Virus record (IMG/VR): IMGVR_UViG_3300037067_015007
Location: 25,321-89,320 of that record
DNA length: 64,000 nt
Source: a virus
Taxonomy: Duplodnaviria; Caudoviricetes
Reading direction: 5' to 3' (one strand)
Shown piece after piece: positions 10,122-20,605 of the stretch; the stretch's first letter is position 1; each line of letters opens with the position of its first letter. The notes below the pieces were generated by a model. It saw nothing but the letters and a program-made list of their open reading frames with translations. It was not told where the DNA came from and did not search any database. The position numbers were made by a program, and so were the translations under genes.

Positions 10122-10691
10122 ATGAATTATAAACATCTTACTGAAGAAGAAAGAAAACAATCAAAACAAAGAAGAAATCATAGATATTATGAAAATAATA
10201 AAAAAAAGATAATTATAGAAGTAAAAAAATATCGTAAAAAACATAAAGAAATTTTACAGAAGTACAGTAAAAATTATTATCAAACTCATAAAAAGGAAAT
10301 AAATACTAATCATAAAAATTATCGTGAAAATCATAGAAAAGAAATGTCCAAATATATTGTAAATAGATTAAAAACAGACATAAATTTTAAACTTGCCCAT
10401 AATTTACGAAATAGATTGAGAAAGGCTTTACATCGTAACCAAAAATCGGGTTCCGCAGTTGGAGATTTAGGTTGTTCTATTTCTGCCCTCAAAACATATT
10501 TAGAATCCAAGTTTCAAGAGGGAATGGCTTGGGAGAATTGGAGTAAAACAGGTTGGCATATAGACCATATTATACCTTTGGATTCATTCAATCTTCAAAA
10601 TAGGGAAGAATTTCTAAAGGCTTGTCATTACACAAATCTTCAACCACTTTGGGCTGAAGAGAATATTACTAAAGGAAACAATTTATTATAA
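10122..10691 (+). CDS. HNH homing endonuclease
   Basis: Basic N-terminal repeats, then LGCS..LKTYLESKF..GM.WENW..GWHIDHIIPL..F....ACHYTNLQPLWAEEN. Confidence 0.9.
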   Translation: MNYKHLTEEERKQSKQRRNHRYYENNKKKIIIEVKKYRKKHKEILQKYSKNYYQTHKKEINTNHKNYRENHRKEMSKYIVNRLKTDINFKLAHNLRNRLRKALHRNQKSGSAVGDLGCSISALKTYLESKFQEGMAWENWSKTGWHIDHIIPLDSFNLQNREEFLKACHYTNLQPLWAEENITKGNNLL

Positions 10692-10744
10692 TAAATAATA
10701 TTGAAAAGGATTTTCTCTTTCACTTTCAATAAGGATTTCACAAT

Positions 10745-13465
10745 ATGGCAGAAGTTAATTTAAAAGACCTCGAAGCAATTCAAACCTCTCTGAAAAGCAT
10801 TTCAAGCAAGACAACTTTTGATGAAGTCAAAAAATCCATTGTTAATCTTGCTGATTCCTTAAAAGACAGTTTGGAAGAATTTCAAAAGAATGAAGCCAAA
10901 GCCCGACAGAGAAGAACCCAACTGAATGCAACCCATTTACAAGAAGAATTGAAAAAAAGACTTGACCTTAATAAAAAAATAATGACTTGGGAAGCAAAAC
11001 AGTTTGACGAAAGATTTGAATTGAACAAGCGTTATCATACAAGAGTAGTCAATGAACTGAAGAAGCAACATAAGGAAAGAGAGTTTCTTGAAAAAAGGAT
11101 GTTCTTGCGCCAAGCCGCAATGAATAAAGAATTTTACGGAAAGATAGATGAGAGTTTTAAAAAATTAAACGATAGGACTTCAAAACTTGCAGGAAAACTT
11201 GACTCTGTTTTTGGTACAGGATTTTTTACTTCTCTTCAAAAAATTTCAAGTTTAATTACAGGATTCACTAAAAATGCTTTGAAACTAACACTTGGGGGCT
11301 TACAATTTATACAAACAGCAAAACAAGGTGGGATAAAAAAAGCCTTTGCACAAACCAAAATAGGTAAAGGAATTCATACTGCTAAACGAACAGTAAGACG
11401 AGCCGCAAGCACTATTAGAAAGATTACAGGTGCAGGGGTTAGTGGAAGAATAGAAAGTAGAAAGGAAAAAGAAGAAGCAGAAAAATCCCAATCAGGTATA
11501 GCCAAAGGAATAGGAAAAACAGGAAAGACACAAGAAGCCGCACTTATAGGCCAAGTTAAATTTTTTGAATGGTTTAAAAAATTTGCAATATTTAAATGGC
11601 TTTGGGAAAAAGCAAATTTCGCCGCTGATAAATTATCCAAACTATTAGGCCTTGGTGGTGAAGGTGGGATTAAAGGTTTATTCAAAGCAGGATTAGGTAA
11701 ATTTTTTAGTACGGGAATAGGAAAATTTATAGGCGGTACTTCAGGCGGTCTCTTACAAAAAACTCTCACATCAATAGTGGGCCTAGGCGGGGCCATCGGC
11801 GGCATCAAAGGAGCCATCAAAGGAATAAGCCAATTTGGAGCTGTATCAAAAAAATATGGTGGGGGTGCTGAAGGCGATGCTATGGGTGTCGCTTATACTG
11901 CCAAAAAAATATCAAGTGGAATTTTATCAGGATTGACGTTGGGGTTAGTTTCTCCAAAAAGCATGGATAAACTAATCAATGCTGGTAGTAGAATAACTGA
12001 AAAATTTGTGGATGCTTTATCTCCTAATCAAAAATTTTATGATAAACTCAGTCAAGCAAAAACAGGATTAAGTAAACGTTCAATAGATATAGGAAAGACA
12101 TTGGATTCCATTATGGAAAAAACAGGGACAAAAGGCACGGGAGCCTCCCAAATGAAAGCAATTATGGCTGACAAGGAAAAATGGAACAAACTCAATAAAG
12201 AAGAACAAGAACTTGTTAGAAAAAAAGTAGAAGGTGCCAAAAAACTTCAACAAGTTGCCCAACTCCCTGCAAATAAACCTGTAGAAAAGAAGGCCGCACA
12301 AGGATTCCCTGGTATTAAAACACCAACAAAACTTGGAGACCTTTTTGGAAAAATTAGTAGGCAAACCAATCTTACTGTAGGTGAAGGTGGTGAAGAATAC
12401 TTAGCGGTTTTGAATAAAGAGCAATATAACGATATAAAAGGCTTACTAGGTACAAATTTACAATCTTTCAATTTATCGCAAAAATTAAAACCAAAACCAA
12501 AAACATTTATGCAAAATTTAGTTGATAAATTTAAACTATCAAAAAAGAAAGAATCTCCATTAGAAGATAAACCAAAAGACCAACAAAATATGGCCCCTAG
12601 TGCGAATATTGATTTGAGTTCTTTCACCATTCCTAATATCAACACAAGTATTCAAAAATTACAACCAACATTTAAAACTAAATTACTTGGAATGTTAGGA
12701 GAATATAAAAAATTATCAGGAAAACAAGCTCCTGTTAATGAGGCTTATCGTGATACGGAATATCAAAAAAAATTATATGAAGCAGACATTGCCAAAAAAA
12801 GATTAAATCCTGCTCATAGAATGAAAACAAATAAACCAGGAACATCTCCTCATGAAAAAGGCATCGCTGCCGATTTGAATACTGCTGATTTGGATGCGAT
12901 GGATTATAAGTATGGTTTAATAGATAAATATAAACTTAAAAGAGCATCAAGTTATTCTCGAATTGGTCCAGGTAAGAGACATGAAAGTTGGCATGTCCAA
13001 GCCGCAGAAGGTGCGGCATTTGATAAAGCACCTAAAGATTTCATGATGAAGGGTCATGCAGGAGAAGGGGCATTTGTTGCCAAGTCTAAAGAATTTACAA
13101 CCGTATTCAAATATTTTGAAATGGGTAAGAAACTTGCGGAAGAGGCTTCAGGTGCGGTTAAAGATGTATCGATGGCATTTGCTAAGGATAAGCCAGGACA
13201 AGCATTGAAAAATATGCAAAAAGAACAAGGCATAGGAGAAGGTAAAGATTCAAAAATTGTTAAATTACTTTCCGATATCAAAACAGGAATTGAAAAAGGA
13301 GCAAAACCTTCTGAAGAAAAAGAGGCTTCAAAATCCTCACCATCTGTTCCACCGTCAACAAAAGGCGGCGAGGCCAACTATAAATCAAGAAGTGATGTCT
13401 TTCCATCTGATACGATGTTTACAAATATGTACGCTCTAGTTTCGCAATTCAGCGGAGGATATTAA
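10745..13465 (+). CDS. tape measure protein with M15-type (VanY-like) peptidase motif
   Basis: Long helical/coiled-coil N-terminus, Gly/hydrophobic middle; YR..EYQKKLY...PGTSPHEKGIAADL...HESWHVQ; typical position. Confidence 0.8.
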   Translation: MAEVNLKDLEAIQTSLKSISSKTTFDEVKKSIVNLADSLKDSLEEFQKNEAKARQRRTQLNATHLQEELKKRLDLNKKIMTWEAKQFDERFELNKRYHTRVVNELKKQHKEREFLEKRMFLRQAAMNKEFYGKIDESFKKLNDRTSKLAGKLDSVFGTGFFTSLQKISSLITGFTKNALKLTLGGLQFIQTAKQGGIKKAFAQTKIGKGIHTAKRTVRRAASTIRKITGAGVSGRIESRKEKEEAEKSQSGIAKGIGKTGKTQEAALIGQVKFFEWFKKFAIFKWLWEKANFAADKLSKLLGLGGEGGIKGLFKAGLGKFFSTGIGKFIGGTSGGLLQKTLTSIVGLGGAIGGIKGAIKGISQFGAVSKKYGGGAEGDAMGVAYTAKKISSGILSGLTLGLVSPKSMDKLINAGSRITEKFVDALSPNQKFYDKLSQAKTGLSKRSIDIGKTLDSIMEKTGTKGTGASQMKAIMADKEKWNKLNKEEQELVRKKVEGAKKLQQVAQLPANKPVEKKAAQGFPGIKTPTKLGDLFGKISRQTNLTVGEGGEEYLAVLNKEQYNDIKGLLGTNLQSFNLSQKLKPKPKTFMQNLVDKFKLSKKKESPLEDKPKDQQNMAPSANIDLSSFTIPNINTSIQKLQPTFKTKLLGMLGEYKKLSGKQAPVNEAYRDTEYQKKLYEADIAKKRLNPAHRMKTNKPGTSPHEKGIAADLNTADLDAMDYKYGLIDKYKLKRASSYSRIGPGKRHESWHVQAAEGAAFDKAPKDFMMKGHAGEGAFVAKSKEFTTVFKYFEMGKKLAEEASGAVKDVSMAFAKDKPGQALKNMQKEQGIGEGKDSKIVKLLSDIKTGIEKGAKPSEEKEASKSSPSVPPSTKGGEANYKSRSDVFPSDTMFTNMYALVSQFSGGY

Positions 13466-13466
13466 A

Positions 13467-14288
13467 ATGGCAGATAATTTTGTAGCCGCAGATGAAAGGA
13501 ATATGACATATGCGGAAAGAGCAAATATCAGATTGGATTTTCATAGATGGATTCCGTCCAAAGAAAATCAAACACAAGAAGTAGAGGAAGATGTTTCTTC
13601 TCCTGCGGATGATATAGAGAGGTCATCTCAATCAACAAGCACTTGGTATCATTCTCTTTATGGATTTTTAAAAGACGAAGGTTTATCTTTAACACTCAAT
13701 AATAAATTTGAAGTTGCTTTGAATTTAGTGGGTGGATTATTGGGGCAATTGGGTGAATTGACTGCGGGAGTTACTGCTCTTGGAAAAGCAATAACAGGTA
13801 ATCAAACCCAAGGATATATTACAACAGGATTTGGAGAAAATGCAAGCATTATTTTGAATACACCTTTGTTTTGGCAAGGTACAGACCCTATAGAATTTTC
13901 AGTTTCATTATTTCAAATTGCAGATAAAGAAAATCAAATCATAGAAAATTATCAAAGGATTTTAGAAGTTCTATCTCCATCTACAGGCCAAGGGGCTATG
14001 ACAGCCACTTTATCAGGAGAAGGGCCAGGAATTATATATGTGCATTATTTTCCTGAAGTTCAAAGTGGGACAGGAAACGCCGCCGCAGGACAAGGTAAAA
14101 TTATATTCGGCCCGTGTCTTTGTAGAAGAGTAGATATGAGAATTGCGCCGCCATATTCATTTCAGTTTATGCCGATTGTAGGAGAATATACTTTCACTAT
14201 GGTAACATCCAGAATACTTGACAGGTCTCAAATTCAATCACTTTTTAATAAACAGTTTCCATATCCAAAAACAGGAACCATAACATGA
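13467..14288 (+). CDS. baseplate tail-tube initiator/cap (gp48/gp54-like)
   Basis: PLFWQGTDPIEFSVSL, IIFGPCLCRRVDM..APPY; follows the tape measure. Confidence 0.5.
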   Translation: MADNFVAADERNMTYAERANIRLDFHRWIPSKENQTQEVEEDVSSPADDIERSSQSTSTWYHSLYGFLKDEGLSLTLNNKFEVALNLVGGLLGQLGELTAGVTALGKAITGNQTQGYITTGFGENASIILNTPLFWQGTDPIEFSVSLFQIADKENQIIENYQRILEVLSPSTGQGAMTATLSGEGPGIIYVHYFPEVQSGTGNAAAGQGKIIFGPCLCRRVDMRIAPPYSFQFMPIVGEYTFTMVTSRILDRSQIQSLFNKQFPYPKTGTIT

Positions 14289-14671
14289 AATACACATATA
14301 CTAAAACTACAAAAAATATTTTAGATTTTTTCGGTACGAAAATAAGATACACTTATTCTAAACTTGACGGACTCATCTACAAAGATGTAGCCAATAATAC
14401 TTATTTTCAAACTGTGGATATGGAGTTAAAAATCGATAAAGGGACATATCGTGATTCTCAATTTTATACTATTACCGAAGAAACTAAATACCGTCCCGAC
14501 CGCTTGGCTTATATTGCTTATGGGGATGAAACGCTTGCTTGGATAGTCTTGCGTTTCAATGACATCACAAATCCGTTTGAACTTGAAGTTGGTCGGATAA
14601 TAGAGATACCATCTCTCACTAGAGTAAACAATACCCTCCAAGCAAAGAGACAAAAATTGCAATACCGTTAA
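14285..14671 (+). CDS. baseplate wedge protein (T4 gp53-like, LysM-like)
   Basis: YTITEETKYRPDRLAYIAYGDETLAWIVLRFNDITNPFELEVGRIIEIP. Confidence 0.8.
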   Translation: MKYTYTKTTKNILDFFGTKIRYTYSKLDGLIYKDVANNTYFQTVDMELKIDKGTYRDSQFYTITEETKYRPDRLAYIAYGDETLAWIVLRFNDITNPFELEVGRIIEIPSLTRVNNTLQAKRQKLQYR

Positions 14672-14682
14672 CATGAAAACAA

Positions 14683-14783
14683 TAAATAATAGTGTAGGGA
14701 CAAGGAGTAATTACCCATTCAGAATACCTCGTATATTCTGGATTACCTACACTATTTTAATAATTTTACGAGGGGGTTATTGA
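14683..14783 (+). ncRNA. endonuclease-leader structured RNA, copy 2
   Basis: P1 ATAGTGTAGG/CCTACACTAT; P3 TCAGAATA/TATTCTGG; loop CCTCGTA pairs with TACGAGG (14767-14773). Confidence 0.75.
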
Positions 14784-15365
14784 ATGTCAATACAAAAATA
14801 TTTTACTAAAGAAGAAAGAAGAATTGCACACAATAAAACTAATGAAAAATATCGTAGAAGTAAAGAAATAGTAGCAAGAAAAAAATTCAATACGGAAAAT
14901 GAAAGAATAGCAGCAGGAATAGAATATCAAAAACAATATTATCAAAACCACAAGAAAGAAAAATTAAAAAAAGAAAAAGAATATCGTAAAAATCATAAAG
15001 AAGAAAGAAATTTATGGGCAAGAAAACATGATAATGAAAAATATGAAACGAATATTAAGTTTAAACTTGCTAAAATTTTACGAAGTAGAATGCGTTTGGC
15101 AATTCACAATAATCAAAGAGCAGGTTCAGCAGTTCGAGACCTTGGATGTTCTATTCCTGAATTAAAAATATATTTAGAGAATAAATTTCAAGAAGGAATG
15201 ACTTGGGAAAATTGGAAACATAATGGTTGGCATATTGACCACGTTATTCCCTTGGATAACTTCAATCTTCAGAACAGGGAAGAGTTTCTAAAAGCATGTC
15301 ATTACACTAATCTTCAACCTTTGTGGGCTGAAGAAAATTTAAGTAAACATAATAAGGTGATATAA
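14784..15365 (+). CDS. HNH homing endonuclease
   Basis: GWHIDHVIPLDNFNL...ACHYTNLQPLWAEEN. Confidence 0.9.
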   Translation: MSIQKYFTKEERRIAHNKTNEKYRRSKEIVARKKFNTENERIAAGIEYQKQYYQNHKKEKLKKEKEYRKNHKEERNLWARKHDNEKYETNIKFKLAKILRSRMRLAIHNNQRAGSAVRDLGCSIPELKIYLENKFQEGMTWENWKHNGWHIDHVIPLDNFNLQNREEFLKACHYTNLQPLWAEENLSKHNKVI

Positions 15366-16634
15366 ATGCAAGGAATTGGGGATGCTCCAAAGATTACAAT
15401 AAAAGGACATAAACAAGATATTAGTTTATCAAATTGGCACTTCGAAAATTTTCGTTATGTTGAAGATATCAACCTTGGATTCCCAACGATTGAGTTCGCT
15501 TTGAGAGATAATACATACAAACTTTTACGAGAAGGATTATTCGGAGATGAAGAACTGATTGTCGAGGAATTCGTAAGAGACCAATTTAAATTTGATAAAA
15601 AAAGTTTTACGATAAAGTCAATAGGGTCATTGGGTGAAGAACCAAAACCAATGGCAAGTCAAGTTGTCAAACTATTGGCAATCGACAAAAATTATGATTC
15701 TATTTTAAAAAATCAAAAATCTGTTTATTTTCTTTCTAGCGAAAAGAAGAAAATTTCTGATTTATTGAAGAAACTTTTGACACAAGTTGGTATTGTGGAA
15801 GCAGAAAATTTCAAACTAGTTATTGAAGAAACAGCACCTTTACTTGACCAAGGATTTCAAAATTTATTTATACCATACAGCAGAGACCCAATGAAGGTGA
15901 TGAGAAAACTTTCCAATTACGCAATGACTCCTGATGGGACAGGAGCCTTTACGTTTTTCATCAATCGCAGAGGGTTAAATTTCGTTCCTGTTAGTAAGTT
16001 ATTTGTGGATATCGTTAAAGATAAAACGCCATATTTAAGAATTTCAGATATTCGTCAAACTTACGGAATCAGTAGTGCTAAACTTTCCACTTTCAATGCA
16101 TTTTCGAATTTCATTACAGGTCATGAAAAGAAAATCATGGGGTTCAACCTGTACGAAAAGGAATACAACTCGATATGGTATAAACCGAATGCAAAATACA
16201 TCGAGCATTCAGAATATATAGATAAACCCGAAATCGTATCAAATGTCAAAACCATGCCATTACCCCAAGTTGCCAATAGTAATGCTATTCCTTTTTCGAA
16301 AGATTTCATTACAGGGAATATCAAAACATATTACACCCCTCTTGACAATCCAATGGCTCTGAAGGCATTTGGTGATAGATTGTATTATTCACAAATGTTC
16401 AACTATGTATTAGAACTAAATGTGGACTTGATACAAACCATGCCCGATTTTGCTATTGGGGAAATGGTTGATGTAGAATTTTTTGTTACTGATAAAGATT
16501 CATGGTCAGCCTTGAATGGTGGTTGGCTTTTAAAAAGTTTCGCATATACATATCCTGGCGATAATGTAACTTTGAAGTTGACAAGAATTGGGATTGGTAC
16601 TCTTCCCGAACAGTACATAAAAGTGGGTGAATAA
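15366..16634 (+). CDS. baseplate hub protein (gp27-like)
   Basis: Position between gp53-like and gp5-like genes; size; beta-rich; GEMVDV..GGWLLKS..Y C-terminus. Confidence 0.55.
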   Translation: MQGIGDAPKITIKGHKQDISLSNWHFENFRYVEDINLGFPTIEFALRDNTYKLLREGLFGDEELIVEEFVRDQFKFDKKSFTIKSIGSLGEEPKPMASQVVKLLAIDKNYDSILKNQKSVYFLSSEKKKISDLLKKLLTQVGIVEAENFKLVIEETAPLLDQGFQNLFIPYSRDPMKVMRKLSNYAMTPDGTGAFTFFINRRGLNFVPVSKLFVDIVKDKTPYLRISDIRQTYGISSAKLSTFNAFSNFITGHEKKIMGFNLYEKEYNSIWYKPNAKYIEHSEYIDKPEIVSNVKTMPLPQVANSNAIPFSKDFITGNIKTYYTPLDNPMALKAFGDRLYYSQMFNYVLELNVDLIQTMPDFAIGEMVDVEFFVTDKDSWSALNGGWLLKSFAYTYPGDNVTLKLTRIGIGTLPEQYIKVGE

Positions 16635-18480
16635 GATGTTTGATTTGGACAGCATTAAATCCTTAGAAGATACACAACGCAGTAATTTTTATCGTGCCCA
16701 AGTGATATCTTTGGACGACCCTTTAAATTTGAACAGAATACAAATTAATATTTTTGGCTTAACGGATGATATCCCAAGCGAAAGTTTGCCTTGGTGTGAA
16801 TTGCAATTTACAGCAGGATTTTCAACTTACCCTATTCTTAATGACATTGTTTGGCTCTTTTTTGAAGGCGGTGATATTTTTCGTCCTGTATATTTAGGTA
16901 CAATTTATGCGGGGCTTGATATCGATACGGATACAGGTTATGAGAAATTTTCTTTAGCAGCAGGAAGTATAACGGAATCCGCAACAGGGGTATTAGGTAT
17001 AGGATACGATTTTAAAGGTATTGATGATAAAGACTCTTATCGTTCAGCCTTGCGAACTGTAAACAATGTTGAGGAAGATAAACACTTGACATTGAAAGAT
17101 ACAATTTCCCATTACGATGCCATTTCTTCAGGAAATACTTGGTGGAGAAAATTTTCAGGATTAGATTCTGTTAATACTGATGATATAGCACCAGGACAAA
17201 CTTTATGGCTTTCAGGGGTTGACCCCACTTATGGTAAATGTCCCTTCAAAGAGAAAAAAGTTTATCCGTGGTATGAACTTCGAGAAACTAATCAAAATAG
17301 TTGGAAATCAATTTATGGTGGATGGAGATTTTTTACAGAGACAGACTTAATTAATGGTTTAGGTTCTTTCCCTGACAATATTCGCCGTACATATATGAAG
17401 CGTGTAAGAAATTGGGCAAATTGGACAGTTTGGAAATCACGAAAAGAAATATGGGTTCCTGAGTCGGGTCTTTATAAAAATGCAGTTCCTAAAAGTTGGA
17501 ATTTTATTCCTATGTCTGTTACTCTTTATTCCGACCCTGAATTATTCAGCGTATCTTTTTCTAGAGATGCAATAAACACCGACCCCGAAACATTAGATGA
17601 GCGTCCTGGTGGGGATTTACATACTGAAGAAATGCAGGGATTTGTCAACATTAAACCGTTCCCATTAGGGACAATGAAAATAAAAAATCGCAAGTTTTAT
17701 AAGCAATCTACATGGATGAGTTATGATGGAAAATCTGCAATAGAACTAGATGATAATGACAACTATGAACGATTAAGATTAGATTATAACTACAGCGAAG
17801 GCGGTCTTGAATTTTCCCGTGTCGGTTGGCATGGCTTGAATATATGGACAGAAGGTTCATTCATGATGAGAGCATGGGGCAGACAAGGAAATGGTAAAGG
17901 GGAAGGAATGTTTGTTGATAGTGCTATTGAATGTATTGACCATTCTCTTCTCATTAGTTCCAATAAAGCATTAATGCTTGGTGGAGATAGTTCAGCATCT
18001 TTGACATCTCTTGGCCCTGCGGGTGTCAGGTCAAAAATGAATGTAACTTCCATCACAGGTGGTGGTGGAGTAGTTATTCAAACAGAAGCAGGATTATCAA
18101 CAAGAGAAGGAGTAAGTGATTTTAATAGAGGTATTTGGATGGGTTCACCTATTATTGGTGGTAATGGTCAAGCAGGTGGAGATGGTGGAATGAACGGGTG
18201 GATGCCTGTGTTATGTGATAAAGATAAAGGTGAAGCAGAAAAATATTTCAGAGCACTTAATAGTGTATTGCTTATGGTGAGAAAATTAGCGTCTATGTGT
18301 TATCAACAACCAATGGTTACAGACCAATATACAGCAGTTCCACTTGCCGTCCAACTGCGGACTTGGGCAATAGGAGCCATGCAAGTTGTTAAAGATATTA
18401 AAGAAGGTTCCCTTTCAGCAGTATCAGTTATGGCAGGAAGTGAAAAAATTAACATAGAGGGTGCCGTAAAAGGTAAATGA
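16627..18480 (+). CDS. baseplate central spike (gp5/VgrG-like)
   Basis: N-terminal OB-fold motif YRAQV...DDPLNLNRIQ..FGL...LPW...P..ND.VW.FFEGGD.FRPVYLG; Gly/Ser-rich beta-helix-like C-terminus. Confidence 0.8.
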   Translation: MNKMFDLDSIKSLEDTQRSNFYRAQVISLDDPLNLNRIQINIFGLTDDIPSESLPWCELQFTAGFSTYPILNDIVWLFFEGGDIFRPVYLGTIYAGLDIDTDTGYEKFSLAAGSITESATGVLGIGYDFKGIDDKDSYRSALRTVNNVEEDKHLTLKDTISHYDAISSGNTWWRKFSGLDSVNTDDIAPGQTLWLSGVDPTYGKCPFKEKKVYPWYELRETNQNSWKSIYGGWRFFTETDLINGLGSFPDNIRRTYMKRVRNWANWTVWKSRKEIWVPESGLYKNAVPKSWNFIPMSVTLYSDPELFSVSFSRDAINTDPETLDERPGGDLHTEEMQGFVNIKPFPLGTMKIKNRKFYKQSTWMSYDGKSAIELDDNDNYERLRLDYNYSEGGLEFSRVGWHGLNIWTEGSFMMRAWGRQGNGKGEGMFVDSAIECIDHSLLISSNKALMLGGDSSASLTSLGPAGVRSKMNVTSITGGGGVVIQTEAGLSTREGVSDFNRGIWMGSPIIGGNGQAGGDGGMNGWMPVLCDKDKGEAEKYFRALNSVLLMVRKLASMCYQQPMVTDQYTAVPLAVQLRTWAIGAMQVVKDIKEGSLSAVSVMAGSEKINIEGAVKGK

Positions 18481-18499
18481 TAAATATATTGGAGGGAAA

Positions 18500-18664
18500 A
18501 TGTCAGAAATCACAATTATTTCTATAGATGCCTCAGAAATTGAGGGAGCATTTAATGCCGCCGCTCATACCCCACCTTTTGCGGGAGCAAATCAATTAAA
18601 AAATCAATTGGAAGCAGATATTTTAGAACTTTTAGAAGATAATGGGTTTACCCCCGTAGAGTAA
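18500..18664 (+). CDS. small acidic hypothetical protein (54 aa)
   Basis: TAAATA and GGAGG upstream; MSEITIISIDASEIEGAF...GFTPVE; below the ORF-track cutoff. Confidence 0.55.
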   Translation: MSEITIISIDASEIEGAFNAAAHTPPFAGANQLKNQLEADILELLEDNGFTPVE

Positions 18665-18667
18665 AAC

Positions 18668-19096
18668 ATGGCAGAAAAAACACTACAAAACTATTACAAC
18701 AATAATATTGTTGTTGATAAGGATATTAAGAAAATTTTTGCATTTTCTATGGGTGATTTACAGACCGTAACAAACTACAACTCTATAGTTCAATCCATAA
18801 GAAATATACTAAATACAAGAAAGGGTGAATTGATTGGACTAATCGAATACGGTTGTTCAGTTTACGAATTTTTGTTTGAACAAATGAGCGTGGCTAATAT
18901 TGAAGGGTTACGGGCTATATTGATTTCTGAAATCCAACGATGGGAAAATCGGGTTAATATAGTAGATTTTCAATATGAAATGAACAATCCGATTGGAACT
19001 TTGAAATTGGATATGATTTTCAGCATTAAGGCTTTAGGAGCAAATCAACTATTTCGTGAAGAGTTTCTTTTGAGCAATTCGGCTGAAGCGAGGTAA
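18668..19096 (+). CDS. baseplate wedge subunit (gp25-like)
   Basis: SIVQSIRNILNTRKGE....EYGCSVYEFLFE...EIQRWENRV. Confidence 0.9.
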   Translation: MAEKTLQNYYNNNIVVDKDIKKIFAFSMGDLQTVTNYNSIVQSIRNILNTRKGELIGLIEYGCSVYEFLFEQMSVANIEGLRAILISEIQRWENRVNIVDFQYEMNNPIGTLKLDMIFSIKALGANQLFREEFLLSNSAEAR

Positions 19097-19099
19097 AAC

Positions 19100-20602
19100 A
19101 TGGCTGATAGAATAAATGTATTGGCAGGAGATTTTGATACAATCCGTTCCGAACTGAATGCCAAATTATCCGTCCTTCCTGGTTGGAAAGACAATGTGGA
19201 AAGCGGAGTTGGTTCTAGTTTGGTTCGTATGTTTTCATATGTTGCAGATTTACTAAACTATCGTGTCAATGTTTTGGCAAATGAAAACTATTTAGATACA
19301 GCACAAATAAAAGAAAACATGATGAAGATTATCAAACTCTTGAACTATAAAGTAAAGAGAGCGGTTCCTTCTCATGGAGACCTTACCTTGTGGCTGAAAA
19401 ATGTTTCGGCTAACAATATCGTTATCCCACAAGGAACACGGTTATCAACCGCCGATAATACTCTCTTTTATACGGTTTATGAAAATGAAATCATAGCAGG
19501 TGATAAAGAAATCAGCGTAAAGGCAGTTCAGGGAGTACAAAAAGAAATTAGTTATGTGTCAGATGGTTCGAAAAATCAAGAGTTTCTTTTGAACTCCGAT
19601 AGCAAGAACTATTACATAGGTGGTGCAATTTGGCCCAATTCAGAATATGAATATTCAGGGCTGACGGTTTATGTCGATGACGTAGAATGGACGGAAATAG
19701 ATTCGTTGGTCAATGCAACCGCTACCGATATGGATTATTATGCGGAACAATATTCTGATTATGCGGTTCGAATTGTTTTCGGAGATGGAGACTTAGGGAA
19801 AATCCCGCCATCGGGTTCTATCATCAAGTTTGTATTCAACTTGAATATTGGAAAATTCGGGAACATCAACGCAGGCTCCATTACTCGTGTTCTCGATACT
19901 ATCAATGACACGGAAGCAAATCCTGTAACGGTTTACGTTACCCAATCACAATCATTCTTGAATGCAGGAGACCCTGAAGATATAGAATCAATTCGTTCCA
20001 ATGCCCCAAAATATTACACGACAGGAGACCGTGCAATTACCAATGATGATATCACAGCACTAATCAATGCCAACTTTTCAAATATTCTTGATATTTATAT
20101 TCTTTCAGAAGAAGATAAAAACCCGCCTAATTTCAAGGAGTTCAATCAAATCACTATTGGTTTGTTACTGCAAGATACAGATGGTGCCCCGCTTATCCCA
20201 TCATCAAATGGGGAAAATTATCTTTCCTATTATGAATCTGTTGATGAGTTGATAAAGAAAAAGAGGTCAATTACCGTTCATCGCAAATACATCATTCCTG
20301 CTCCTGTAGAAATACTTTTCAAAGTAACCTATAAAAAATATGACGGCTATACAGATTCATCAACTAGAGCCGCTATTCAAGGAGCCATTGAACAATATCT
20401 TTTGAATTATGGTCGATTGGGGGCAACCGTGAAATATTCAGATATAGTGTATGCCATTGAATCGCTTAGCAGTATTGATTGGTGTTACCTTGAAATGAAA
20501 AGAAGCACGGATGCAAGTTATTCAAATCAAAATATCGTTTGTGGAGAAACAGAATTTCCCGTAAAAGCAACAGGAACATATCTAACACTCACAAGGTCGT
20601 AA
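19100..20602 (+). CDS. baseplate wedge protein (T4 gp6 / baseplate J-like)
   Basis: DFDTIRSEL, D..ESGVGS.LV..FSY, ENYLDTA, VFGDGDLGKIP, GDPEDIESIRSNAP, RAIT.DD. Confidence 0.9.
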   Translation: MADRINVLAGDFDTIRSELNAKLSVLPGWKDNVESGVGSSLVRMFSYVADLLNYRVNVLANENYLDTAQIKENMMKIIKLLNYKVKRAVPSHGDLTLWLKNVSANNIVIPQGTRLSTADNTLFYTVYENEIIAGDKEISVKAVQGVQKEISYVSDGSKNQEFLLNSDSKNYYIGGAIWPNSEYEYSGLTVYVDDVEWTEIDSLVNATATDMDYYAEQYSDYAVRIVFGDGDLGKIPPSGSIIKFVFNLNIGKFGNINAGSITRVLDTINDTEANPVTVYVTQSQSFLNAGDPEDIESIRSNAPKYYTTGDRAITNDDITALINANFSNILDIYILSEEDKNPPNFKEFNQITIGLLLQDTDGAPLIPSSNGENYLSYYESVDELIKKKRSITVHRKYIIPAPVEILFKVTYKKYDGYTDSSTRAAIQGAIEQYLLNYGRLGATVKYSDIVYAIESLSSIDWCYLEMKRSTDASYSNQNIVCGETEFPVKATGTYLTLTRS

Positions 20603-20605
20603 AAT

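Noticed and set aside
18500-18664. PAAR/gp5.4 spike tip
   Set aside because: The position fits, but the 54-aa product has no PAAR motifs or Cys/His ligands.
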